From positions 1-51,736 of the forward strand of contig JAMOQM010000051.1 of assembly GCA_027064005.1 (NCBI GenBank): 51,736 bases of DNA, read 5' to 3'. The notes below the pieces were generated by a model. That model searched no databases and was not told the DNA's origin. It saw nothing but the letters and a program-made list of their open reading frames with translations. A program made the position numbers and the translations under genes. This document shows, piece by piece, positions 9,868 to 19,323 of the stretch (position 1 is the stretch's first letter; every line of letters starts with the position of its first letter). The stretch comes from Candidatus Cloacimonadota bacterium. GTDB lineage: Bacteria > Cloacimonadota > Cloacimonadia > Cloacimonadales > JAMOQM01.

Positions 9868-11430
9868 TTAGACAAACACCGCCGTAATTTTCTTTGAAAT
9901 TCCTTCCACAACTTTGGTCTCAAATTTCTTATTTTTATTGAAATTATAAATCAACATGTATCCCTCGTTCAAACCATAAGAATCCAAATAATCACATAAT
10001 TGCTCAATCCCATCGGAAAGATATTTTTCTCCATACCAAATTTTGAGTTCTATAACATATCTTTTGTCATTATAAGTTATGACCAAATCCATTTTTCGGT
10101 CTTCAGCGGTAACATTTTCTTTAAATAAAAATCCCTTCCCGTTAATGATTGGACGTAAAAATGACATCAATAATAATCGCCCGTTTTTTTCTAAAAATTT
10201 ATTATCTTTGGAAGAATTATGCTCCTTCATAAATAGCTGAAATTTTTTTAAAATAGTTAAAACATCCAATTTACCGTTCTTTATAAATCTTGCTGAAGTA
10301 TATTTCTCTCCGGGAGATGTTCTCGCTTTAGAAAGCAAATAATTTAAAATTCTGAACTCATATATTTTATTACTGATATCACATTGTCCATCAATGTTTT
10401 GTGAAAGAATACCATAAGTTTTACCTTTAATAATTACCGGATCTCCTAAATCAAAAGGAAAAATTTCACCTTCAATAACTATTCTCTCGGTTACTTTTCT
10501 CAAATCGGAATTGTTTTCCAAATTTTTATACATATCATCAAAATTGGTCGTTGTATAGCCAAGATTAATAATATATTTATATGCATTTTCCACATCATCA
10601 ACAGTCCACGGCCGTTTATTTTCTCGTAAAATATTTTCATCGATAATCTTCCCCATTTGACTGATAAGAAAAGGATTACCGTTTGTATAATAAAAAATTC
10701 TTTGAGCTATTTCGGAAATATTCATCAGGAAATTATGTTCATCAGCATAATCTTTTAGCATCGGAATAATTTCATCAACAGAAAACGCAAAATCAATTTC
10801 TAAATTCTCGGCAATATTCCACGGACTATTTAATTTTCTTTCCGCATCCGGACGTAATTTCAATTTTAAAGATTTTACATCGTGAACCCCGAGAAGAATA
10901 ACCGAATGAAAAGTAAGATCGTTTTCACTTTTCATCGCAAGATATTTATCTCTTAAAATTGCGAGAAAACTTATAAATACTTGATTATTACTGGCTTTAT
11001 CGACTTCATCAATTATTAAGACAACTTTCTTTTTTACTGAAGAAATCCACGTTGCAACAAATCTAGATAACTCTTTAAAACTGTGAATGTTTCCGGCAGC
11101 TTCTTCCAGAAAATCAGCAAGTTTAGGTTGTTTAAAAAATAAACCTTTTGCAAATGTTTCTAAGACAGCCGGAGCAAATCTTTCTTCCGATTCAAAAGGG
11201 AGGTCGCCAATTCCTTCAAAACTAGTGGAAATTACCAGATAATCTTCTCGCTTTTCAAATTCTTTCTTCAAAAGATATTGCATCGTTGTTTTTCCAAATT
11301 GTCGCGGGAAATTTATAGCATAATAATATCCTTCTTCCACAAGATATTTACAGCGTGCAAATTTTTTCGAGACATCACACATATAATGTTTTTCCGGAAT
11401 ACACAAACCGGTTGTATTAAATCTTTTCAT
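9868..11430 (-). CDS. AAA-ATPase-like protein with C-terminal PD-(D/E)XK nuclease domain, copy A
   Basis: Same motifs as copy B; differs only in residues ~289-400. Confidence 0.85.
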   Translation of the reverse strand: MKRFNTTGLCIPEKHYMCDVSKKFARCKYLVEEGYYYAINFPRQFGKTTMQYLLKKEFEKREDYLVISTSFEGIGDLPFESEERFAPAVLETFAKGLFFKQPKLADFLEEAAGNIHSFKELSRFVATWISSVKKKVVLIIDEVDKASNNQVFISFLAILRDKYLAMKSENDLTFHSVILLGVHDVKSLKLKLRPDAERKLNSPWNIAENLEIDFAFSVDEIIPMLKDYADEHNFLMNISEIAQRIFYYTNGNPFLISQMGKIIDENILRENKRPWTVDDVENAYKYIINLGYTTTNFDDMYKNLENNSDLRKVTERIVIEGEIFPFDLGDPVIIKGKTYGILSQNIDGQCDISNKIYEFRILNYLLSKARTSPGEKYTSARFIKNGKLDVLTILKKFQLFMKEHNSSKDNKFLEKNGRLLLMSFLRPIINGKGFLFKENVTAEDRKMDLVITYNDKRYVIELKIWYGEKYLSDGIEQLCDYLDSYGLNEGYMLIYNFNKNKKFETKVVEGISKKITAVFV

Positions 11431-11450
11431 TATTACTCCGTTTTGATGAA

Positions 11451-12395
11451 TTATCTTTTAATCAATTTGTAATTTTTAAATCCGCCGATATGATTTCCAT
11501 TTAAAAGATTTTGCTCTAAAATTGTTAAAAAACGATATTTTAGTTTTTCGTGTTTATGAAGTTCTCTATTTGGATTAGGCTTTCCGGAATATTGCAATTT
11601 ATCTTTCCAATTCATTCGAGAAATCATCTCTGTCATAACTTTAGGATGAGTTTCAGTAAAAACCGCTAATTTGTTCAAAGGACCGTAATCAAATTCCGAA
11701 GGAGTGTTTTTATACATTTCTTCAACTTTTTTATTCCCTTTATGAACCGTATCTAAAGCTTTTTTCTTGTTAATCATCAAATGTGGAGGTCTCACCCATC
11801 CATAATGAAAAATATACGCATCAACAGTCGCGACATTTAATTTATGAGTACCTTCTTTTTGGCGATAATTAATTCCGTCAAAATTAGGAATTCTTCTAAA
11901 AGATTGAGCCGATTCCCAAGAATGAATATCTTTATTATTTCTAATAATTCTAATCTCATTCGGATACCAACGATGAGAAATATGATAATGCTCGTAATCT
12001 CCCCAAAAATGACGATATTTAAAAAGAAGTCCTTCCACTTCTTTATCATCAAGTAAATCCTGACATCTTTGTTTTATAATTGGAAGATATTTTTCATGTA
12101 CAACTTCATCTGCCTGAAGATAAAATAACCAATCTCCGCTACAAGCATTTTTTGCAATATCTGTTTGATGAGCATTTTCCATACCACGCGGATATTTTTC
12201 CAAATCCCATTCCGTATCGATTATTTTTATTTTAGGATCGTTTATTGCTACAATTTTTTCTCTTGTATTATCATCACTTTTTCCAACAGCAACGACAAAT
12301 TCATCGCAAATCGGCAAAATTGATTTTATTGCTTCTGTAATCGGATAGTATAATTTTATTCCATTTTTAACGAACGAAAACCCGCTTATTTTCAT
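11451..12395 (-). CDS. GT2-like glycosyltransferase
   Basis: SDDNT, YLQADE, HYGWVR. Confidence 0.75.
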   Translation of the reverse strand: MKISGFSFVKNGIKLYYPITEAIKSILPICDEFVVAVGKSDDNTREKIVAINDPKIKIIDTEWDLEKYPRGMENAHQTDIAKNACSGDWLFYLQADEVVHEKYLPIIKQRCQDLLDDKEVEGLLFKYRHFWGDYEHYHISHRWYPNEIRIIRNNKDIHSWESAQSFRRIPNFDGINYRQKEGTHKLNVATVDAYIFHYGWVRPPHLMINKKKALDTVHKGNKKVEEMYKNTPSEFDYGPLNKLAVFTETHPKVMTEMISRMNWKDKLQYSGKPNPNRELHKHEKLKYRFLTILEQNLLNGNHIGGFKNYKLIKR

Positions 12396-14299
12396 TTATT
12401 CCTCTCATTTTCTTTTTTAACATTAAATTGCAAATTATAAAGTTCTTGGTATCTTTGGCAATTTTTTAGTAAATAATCATTTGTCCCCACATCTAAGATT
12501 TCTCCTTTATCCATAACCACAATTTTATCGCTTGAAAGGATAGTTGAAAGTCTGTGAGCAATAACTAATACTGTTCTGTTTTCCGTAATTTTGTCAATTG
12601 CAGCTTGCACTTTTTGTTCTGAATCTGTATCTAAGGAACTAGTTGCTTCATCAAAAATTATTATTTCAGGATTATTTAGAATTGATCTGGCGATACAAAT
12701 TCTTTGACGTTGTCCACCCGACAAATTTGTTGCTTTTGATGATAAAACTCGCTCGTATTTCCCCGGTAGATTTGAAATAAACTCGTGAGCGTTTGCAATT
12801 TTAGCTGCTTCAATTATTTGTTCTAAAGGTATTTCTTTATCAGCACCATATTGAATATTATTTCTTATTGTATCTGAAAAGAGAATTGATTCTTGAGTTA
12901 CGACTCCAAACATTTTTCTTAACGATTTTATCTCCATTTTTGTTATTGGAATTGAATCTATTAAAATCTCACCTTCATTCGGGTCAAACATTCTTAAAAG
13001 GAGATTAATTAAAGTTGTTTTTCCTGAACCTGAACTTCCGACAAAAGCTACTTTTTCACCTTTGTTTATCATTAAATTAATATTTTTTAAAACTAAATCT
13101 TTATCGTTATATGAAAAAGAGAGATTTTTAATCGCCAAATATTTATCAAAAGATTTTTTCTTAATAGGATTTGAAACCTCGAAAACCTCATTTTTTTGTT
13201 CAATAATATCATAAATCCTATTTAAAGAAACCAAGGCTTTTTTGATATTTGTATAAGCTTTTGTAATTTGTTTGAAAGGAGAAAGCATTGAAAAAGTTGT
13301 TAACAAAAACGCCATAAAACTTCCAAAAGTAAAAGAATCCTGATTGGTTAAAACAGCTTTTCCGCCGATTAGCATTATAAATGAACCGACCAAAATCGTA
13401 ATAAATTCACTAAAGGGCATATTTATGGCAGAATATAATTGAGCTTTTCTCCAAAATTTAAAATACCGATTATTTAAATCATTAAATTTTTTATTCTCAT
13501 AATCTTCTTTAGCAAAAATTTTTACAATCATGATATTATTTAAAATTTCTTCAATATTACTAAAAAGACTCGAAAATTGTTTTTGAATTCTTTTCGCATA
13601 TTTCTTTATTTTTGCACCGAGAAAATTTAAGCCCACCGCAAAAATCGGTAATATAGCTAAACTTATAATAAATAACCGACTATTAATTAATAACGCAATT
13701 CGCACTAAAACTAAAATAGAGAAAACATCGCGAATAATATTAACGGTAGCCATAATCAATTGGGAATTAACGATTTCTACATCATTAATAATTCTTACCA
13801 AAGAATCACCTACTTTATTTTTACTGAAAAAAGCTGCCGAAAGATGAGTGTATTTGTAAAAAATCTTGTTACGTAAATCTTTAATTGTTTTACCGCGAAG
13901 GTTTATAAACATAACTTTATTAAAATAATAGGTTAAATTCTTGAGAGTAAACAAAACAATAATTGTTACCACGATAAATTTAAGCAAGACATAAGAATCT
14001 GTTGATTTCATAATGTCTTCATAATTTATCAATAATGATTTATACGTAGAAAGATCAAAAGAAATTTTATGTACCTCAAAAAAGAGATGTGTTTGGTAAA
14101 TTATTGCGTGTAAAAAATCATTGGTATTTTTATACAATACCCCACCATCTTTAGGTGTAAAAACATAATCCAAAAGTGGTTTGACTAAAGTAACATTTAC
14201 CCCGCTAAACAAAGCGTAAATAAAAAGACTTATTACACCTAAAAGCATATAAATCCAATTTTTAAAAGCAATTTTATATAAACTTATTAATCGATTCAT
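12392..14299 (-). CDS. msbA: ABC exporter, lipid A flippase MsbA-like
   Basis: TM domain plus GSSGSGKT, LSGGQRQR, DEATSSLD, IAHRL; LPS gene context. Confidence 0.75.
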   Translation of the reverse strand: MNRLISLYKIAFKNWIYMLLGVISLFIYALFSGVNVTLVKPLLDYVFTPKDGGVLYKNTNDFLHAIIYQTHLFFEVHKISFDLSTYKSLLINYEDIMKSTDSYVLLKFIVVTIIVLFTLKNLTYYFNKVMFINLRGKTIKDLRNKIFYKYTHLSAAFFSKNKVGDSLVRIINDVEIVNSQLIMATVNIIRDVFSILVLVRIALLINSRLFIISLAILPIFAVGLNFLGAKIKKYAKRIQKQFSSLFSNIEEILNNIMIVKIFAKEDYENKKFNDLNNRYFKFWRKAQLYSAINMPFSEFITILVGSFIMLIGGKAVLTNQDSFTFGSFMAFLLTTFSMLSPFKQITKAYTNIKKALVSLNRIYDIIEQKNEVFEVSNPIKKKSFDKYLAIKNLSFSYNDKDLVLKNINLMINKGEKVAFVGSSGSGKTTLINLLLRMFDPNEGEILIDSIPITKMEIKSLRKMFGVVTQESILFSDTIRNNIQYGADKEIPLEQIIEAAKIANAHEFISNLPGKYERVLSSKATNLSGGQRQRICIARSILNNPEIIIFDEATSSLDTDSEQKVQAAIDKITENRTVLVIAHRLSTILSSDKIVVMDKGEILDVGTNDYLLKNCQRYQELYNLQFNVKKENERNK

Positions 14300-14380
14300 T
14301 ATTCCAACCTTTTTTTAATTATGACAAAAAAAATGCATTTATGTGTCAAACAAAATATCTTAATATTTTTGAGATACAAA

Positions 14381-15466
14381 CTATTTATTTTCTAAATATT
14401 GAGAAGGATTTACCGGTTTTCCTGATTTTCTAATTTCAAAATGAATTTCCGGTTGATTCACCGCACCACTTATTCCAACCTTTCCAATCACTTGACCTTT
14501 AATTACATCATCACCTTTTGAGATTAAAATACTTCCGCAATGAGCATAAATTGTTTTAAAACCGTTTAAATGATCGATAATTATTAGATTTCCCATACTA
14601 TTAAACCATTCACAAAAAACAATTTTTCCATTATCAACCGCTCTAATATTTGCACCTTCATTTGAAGCAATATCAACTCCATTATTTTGAAATTTTATTT
14701 TACCTTTTTTAATCAAACCGAATTGTTTAATAATTTTACCTTTCACCGGCCACGGAAGTTTAGATGAAGAAAACTTATAAGATTTTGAAGAATTTTTACT
14801 CATTAGATGGGCAATTAACGCCGATAGCTGTTTTACTTGATTATGAAGTTGAGCAATTTCTTTTTGCGAATCCGTCATTTTGCCAAGAATCTTTTTCTTT
14901 TCGGAATTCAATTTAGAAATTTTATGAGAAAGACTAGCTATTTTTTGGCGATATTGTTTTTCTTTCAATTCTAATTTTTTATATTCATTTTTTTCTTTAT
15001 TGAAATTCTTGTCATAACTTTTAATATTTATTTTTAATTTATCAATATCTATTTTTGATTTATCGACAAAAGAATTCAAAAAGAAAGTATCCTCATTTTT
15101 ATAAAAATATTTATTCAAATAGAGATGATAAAATTCCTGATTAAAATTATAGGCGATTACATTCAATTGTTTCTCCGTTTTAATTTTATTCTCTAAATAC
15201 TTTTCCATATTTTTCTTTGATATTTTTTTCTTCTTTAAGATTGTTTTAGCTTTTTGAAGATTTGATTGCTTAATATTAGAAATTTTCCCAAGCTGATTTT
15301 TTACTTTTTTCGCTTTCTTTTCTGTTTTTGTTTTCAAAGATTCCAATTTTTCTATTTCCGCTTTAATAATTTTTAATCTATTCTTTTTTATTGAGATGTT
15401 TTGTCCAAAAAGATTTACACTTAGAAAAAAAAAGACGATCCAAAAAAATGTAATGTTTTTTTTCAA
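14381..15466 (-). CDS. envC: EnvC-like murein hydrolase activator (coiled coil + M23 domain)
   Basis: Signal peptide, long coiled coil, LPWPVKG, NNGVDI, YAH, IHFEIR. Confidence 0.65.
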   Translation of the reverse strand: MKKNITFFWIVFFFLSVNLFGQNISIKKNRLKIIKAEIEKLESLKTKTEKKAKKVKNQLGKISNIKQSNLQKAKTILKKKKISKKNMEKYLENKIKTEKQLNVIAYNFNQEFYHLYLNKYFYKNEDTFFLNSFVDKSKIDIDKLKINIKSYDKNFNKEKNEYKKLELKEKQYRQKIASLSHKISKLNSEKKKILGKMTDSQKEIAQLHNQVKQLSALIAHLMSKNSSKSYKFSSSKLPWPVKGKIIKQFGLIKKGKIKFQNNGVDIASNEGANIRAVDNGKIVFCEWFNSMGNLIIIDHLNGFKTIYAHCGSILISKGDDVIKGQVIGKVGISGAVNQPEIHFEIRKSGKPVNPSQYLENK

Positions 15467-15478
15467 AATTTTAAATAA

Positions 15479-17146
15479 CTATTTATGGTAAATATTTTTA
15501 ATTGCATCAATATCGACATCTTCTTTTTTATATTTGACATTAAAGAATTTCTCAAAATATTCAAAGATATAATTACTATCTATCAAAACATCCAAAATAC
15601 TAGAATCAATTTCATTATTGCTTGCCATTTTTGCCAAAATTGTTAAAGTTTCCATGATTGTCTTACCTTTTTTATAAGGTCTATCCGTAGCAGTTAAGGC
15701 TTCAAAAATATCGGCGATTGCAATAATCCTAGCCGGAAAAGGAATTTGCTCTGCCGTATAGTGAAAAGGATAACCTTTACCATTCAATTTTTCATGATGT
15801 AAAGAAGCATAAATCGGGATATTTTTGTATTTTTTCGGGAAAGTTAATGAGGATAAAATATTGTAGCTGGTTTGAGCGTGTTCCTGCATTTTCCCAATTT
15901 CATCTTTAGTGAGCGTACCTTTCCTTACCGATAATTTTTCATATTCATCATCTGTTAAAATCCGATATTCTGTATCATTAGAGAAATATCTAAATTTATA
16001 TATTTCCTCTAATTCTTGAACAAATTCATCGCTCATAAATTCAGCTCCGCTGTTCATTATATTAATAAAAACTTTAAATATTTCAATCTCTTTCACTATT
16101 TTATCAAATTTTTTTAAAGGTTCATTTTTCAGTTCAGCAATTTCTTTATCCTTTTTCACAATATTGATAATTAAGTTACACCTTTCTTCAACAACAGAGA
16201 TTCCATCAATAACCGCCTCTAACTTTGTTGATTTATCCATAATAAATTCCGGAGTAATTATTTTCCCAAAATCATGCATTAAAGCAGCTAATCGAATTTC
16301 TTGAATTTCATCTTGAGAAAATGTTTTATTTGGGAAAATCTTTTTATCATTTTGAATAACGTTCACTAATTCTTTGGAAATAACCCCAACTCTTTGGATA
16401 TGAGCACCGGTATATTTTGATTTCCGGTCAATAGCCTGAGCAATAGATGAAACAAATTGAAGAATAAGACTTTCCAACCCTTTAATTAATTGGCGGTTGT
16501 TTAAAGCAATTCCAGCTAAAGAAGCCAATGAGTTTATGACATGAATATCTTCATTGGAAAAAACATCAATTTCGCCATTTTCATTTATTGGATTTATCAA
16601 TTGAATTACACCAATTACATCATTTTCATGACTTTTTAGCGGTAAAGCCAATACCGATTTCGTTCTATAATTATTTTTTTTATCGTATCGTTTTGTTCCG
16701 GTAGTTACAAATTGAGTTTGTTTATAAATATCATCATAACACTTAATTTCTCCGGTATGAGCAACATAAGCAGCTTGAGTCTTCATCAAAGGAGAAGAAT
16801 TCTCGTCAAATAAAGGAATTGGCATCCAATTCAAATTTCCTTTCAAACGAGAAAGATTGATCTCTAAAGTTTTGTTATAGACAACTTCAAAATTCAAATA
16901 TTTTTTATTCTCAGAAAGCGTATAAATTGTTGCTCCATCAGCATTTGTAAAAAATAATGATTCCTGAAGAATCATATCAAAAATATCATCCAATTCTTTT
17001 TTTGAGGAAAGTGAAAGTCCAATTTCAGTCAATCTATCAATATGTTTAAATTGTCGTTTTGAAAAAGTATTTATTTCTTTGACTACATTATTTAGCATCA
17101 GATTCAGTTTTTTATTACTACTCAGATTAATCATTTTTTTCTCCAT
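15479..17146 (-). CDS. GAF + HD-GYP cyclic-di-GMP phosphodiesterase
   Basis: GAF (YRTKSVLALPL...GVIQLIN); HDFGK, HHEKLNGKGYP, ADIFEALTA.DRPYK. Confidence 0.85.
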   Translation of the reverse strand: MEKKMINLSSNKKLNLMLNNVVKEINTFSKRQFKHIDRLTEIGLSLSSKKELDDIFDMILQESLFFTNADGATIYTLSENKKYLNFEVVYNKTLEINLSRLKGNLNWMPIPLFDENSSPLMKTQAAYVAHTGEIKCYDDIYKQTQFVTTGTKRYDKKNNYRTKSVLALPLKSHENDVIGVIQLINPINENGEIDVFSNEDIHVINSLASLAGIALNNRQLIKGLESLILQFVSSIAQAIDRKSKYTGAHIQRVGVISKELVNVIQNDKKIFPNKTFSQDEIQEIRLAALMHDFGKIITPEFIMDKSTKLEAVIDGISVVEERCNLIINIVKKDKEIAELKNEPLKKFDKIVKEIEIFKVFINIMNSGAEFMSDEFVQELEEIYKFRYFSNDTEYRILTDDEYEKLSVRKGTLTKDEIGKMQEHAQTSYNILSSLTFPKKYKNIPIYASLHHEKLNGKGYPFHYTAEQIPFPARIIAIADIFEALTATDRPYKKGKTIMETLTILAKMASNNEIDSSILDVLIDSNYIFEYFEKFFNVKYKKEDVDIDAIKNIYHK

Positions 17147-17345
17147 TATAAAATTTCTTTATCTCAAAAAAAATCTTAATTATTATTTTTTTTACAGCCT
17201 TTATGTCAAACAAATTATATCCTGTGATTAATAGATAGAGAACCTTTTCCTGAATATAATTTTTGATATTATACTTTTTTACTTAGATATTTTCACCTTT
17301 CCCTGAAAAATAAATTTACATATCTTATTCTAAAATAAAATTTAG

Positions 17346-17373
17346 TTTAGTTTTCAAAAATTTGTAACGATAG
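17346..17373 (+). promoter_or_regulatory. Putative sigma-28 (FliA) promoter of the orf-flagellin operon
   Basis: TTTAGTTT-N12-AACGATAG versus consensus TAAAGTTT-N11-GCCGATAA; RBS AGGAG follows. Confidence 0.4.
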
Positions 17374-17389
17374 AGAATTAGGAGTAAAA

Positions 17390-18169
17390 ATGAATTACAA
17401 TGATACTGATTTTATTAAAGATGTTTCCGAATTAACAAAAATTAAATTTGTCGGAACTGATAAAGATGCTCCGAAAAAACGTAAAAATAAAAGGAATCAA
17501 CATCCCAAAAAAGAAAAGAAAGAATCATTTGCTTCTGAATTAGAAGAAGACTTAAATAAAGAAACCGGCGAAAAAAATAATCTAAATATCGGAATTAAAG
17601 TTCTTGAAAAAAGAAATTCGGAACTATCGGCATTATCGGATATGATTAGGAATGAAAATTATGACGAAAATTTGATTCAAAGGAAAATCTTAAAAAGTGA
17701 TAGAGATTTATACGAAATAAGTTCCGATTCACCGTTATTACCTAATGAAAAAGATTTAGAAAAAGATGACTTGGAAAAATTACAGCAATTAGATAGATAT
17801 TACGCACGTTATGAAAAGCTTACAAATGAACAAAAAGAAACAATTATTAAAGAAGATTTTGACCTATTAAATAAACTATTCTCCGAAAAAAACACAATTT
17901 TAGCAAAAATACAAACCCTACAAAATACAATCAATTACGAAAAAATTGCCCACTCTGAAGAAAAAAAAATTAAAGCAAACATCATCCTTTCCGATATTCA
18001 TAATAGGATGAACGGAGTTATTCAAATCGAAGACGAAAATAACTCCAGATTATGTTCTTTAAAAAATGAAATGAAAGTTGCTCTGGGAAAAATCCATAAA
18101 GGTTCCCAAATGATTGCTAAGTACGGCAATAAACATATTTCATCTCATTTTATAGATAAAAAAACATAG
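17390..18169 (+). CDS. Hypothetical protein; C-terminal half resembles FlgN/FliT-type flagellar chaperones
   Basis: Helical LTxEQKE.I..EDFD.L..L..EK pattern; directly upstream of the flagellins. Confidence 0.45.
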   Translation: MNYNDTDFIKDVSELTKIKFVGTDKDAPKKRKNKRNQHPKKEKKESFASELEEDLNKETGEKNNLNIGIKVLEKRNSELSALSDMIRNENYDENLIQRKILKSDRDLYEISSDSPLLPNEKDLEKDDLEKLQQLDRYYARYEKLTNEQKETIIKEDFDLLNKLFSEKNTILAKIQTLQNTINYEKIAHSEEKKIKANIILSDIHNRMNGVIQIEDENNSRLCSLKNEMKVALGKIHKGSQMIAKYGNKHISSHFIDKKT

Positions 18170-18181
18170 ATTTTTTTAAAA

Positions 18182-18210
18182 GGCAAGGATGCCGAATTTT
18201 TCAAGGAGGA
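18182..18210 (+). promoter_or_regulatory. CsrA-binding hairpin + SD of flagellin 1
   Basis: GGCA-AGGA-TGCC stem-loop, then CAAGGAGGA. Confidence 0.75.
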
Positions 18211-18213
18211 AAA

Positions 18214-19188
18214 ATGTCATTGAATGTTCATAATAATATGAGCGCACAAATCGCTTCGTATTATCTTCAGAAAAACTACAACAGCATGGGAAAATCCATC
18301 GAACATTTATCTTCAGGATTAAGAATTAACAACGCCGGTGATGATCCTCAAGGAAAAGCCTTAAGCGAAATGTTAAAAAGTAGAGCAAATGTTTTAGATA
18401 AAGGCATAACAAATATCCAAATGGCAATTTCAGTTTCACAAACAGCAGAAGGTTCTTTAAGTATAATTGATGAAAAACTAATCCGAATGAAAGAACTCGC
18501 AGAACAATCAGCAACCGGAACTTATAACAATACTCAGCGATTAATGTTAAATTCAGAATTCAATGAAATGGCTGCTGAAATCGATAGAATCGCCAATAGC
18601 ACAAATTTATCCGGATTAAAATTATTGGATGGTAATATTTCAACTTCAACAAAATATACTGCAAATAACGGTTGGTACAAAGCTGATTCCGATTCTTATT
18701 CGACCGGAGATTCAAAAGATGTTTATGCCCATTTTACTAAAAACGAAAAATTAAAAGTACATTTCGGACAAACAAACAGCAGTGCCGAAGATTACTACTA
18801 TATTCATTTAAAAGATATGACAACAAATGGCTTGTTTCACGATTTTATTGATCCAACTGATTCAACCAAAAATACAATTTCAAAAGTCATGGCAATTTCT
18901 TCATCAGCTTCAGCTCAATTAGCTCTTGAACAAATTAATTCTGCCATGGTTTATAAGGAAGAAGAGCGTTCCCATTTGGGAGCAATTCAAAATCGTTTAG
19001 AAACTTCGTTAAATCATTTAGAAATAACTAAAGAACAAGTCGAAAGAACCGACTCTATATTATCGGATGTAGATGTGGCGACAGAAATGTCGAATTTCAC
19101 AAAATTCCAAGTTCTTACTCAAAGTGCAACGTCGATGTTGGCTCAGGCAAACGCCCTGCCACAGATGGTTTTAAAACTTTTAGCTTAA
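18214..19188 (+). CDS. fliC: Flagellin (divergent paralog 1)
   Basis: LSSGLRINNAGDD, QTAEG, LGAIQNRLE, DVDVATEM, LAQAN. Confidence 0.92.
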   Translation: MSLNVHNNMSAQIASYYLQKNYNSMGKSIEHLSSGLRINNAGDDPQGKALSEMLKSRANVLDKGITNIQMAISVSQTAEGSLSIIDEKLIRMKELAEQSATGTYNNTQRLMLNSEFNEMAAEIDRIANSTNLSGLKLLDGNISTSTKYTANNGWYKADSDSYSTGDSKDVYAHFTKNEKLKVHFGQTNSSAEDYYYIHLKDMTTNGLFHDFIDPTDSTKNTISKVMAISSSASAQLALEQINSAMVYKEEERSHLGAIQNRLETSLNHLEITKEQVERTDSILSDVDVATEMSNFTKFQVLTQSATSMLAQANALPQMVLKLLA

Positions 19189-19283
19189 GAATTATTTAGA
19201 CCTTTATACAAGAACATACACGTGCATAGCCAAAAATTAGGTTAGAAGGCTCTCGTATTATTCATAATTAATACAAAAAATAA

Positions 19284-19320
19284 ATGCAAGGATGCATAAA
19301 AAAAACAATTCAGGGAGGAT
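19284..19320 (+). promoter_or_regulatory. CsrA-binding hairpin + SD of flagellin 2
   Basis: ATGCA-AGGA-TGCAT stem-loop, then CAGGGAGGA. Confidence 0.75.
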
Positions 19321-19323
19321 ATT

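Larger units (their letters stand above)
8261..11430. repeat. Tandem duplication, ~1.59-kb unit with a divergent central cassette
   Basis: 8990-9843 matches 10577-11430 (identical where compared by eye). 8261-8654 matches 9854-10247 (three synonymous differences seen). The middle segments differ heavily. Confidence 0.9.

Noticed and set aside
8655-10576. Diversity-generating retroelement (TR/VR pair) as the cause of the variable cassette
   Set aside because: Differences involve all bases plus an indel rather than adenine-only changes, and there is no reverse transcriptase in the window.
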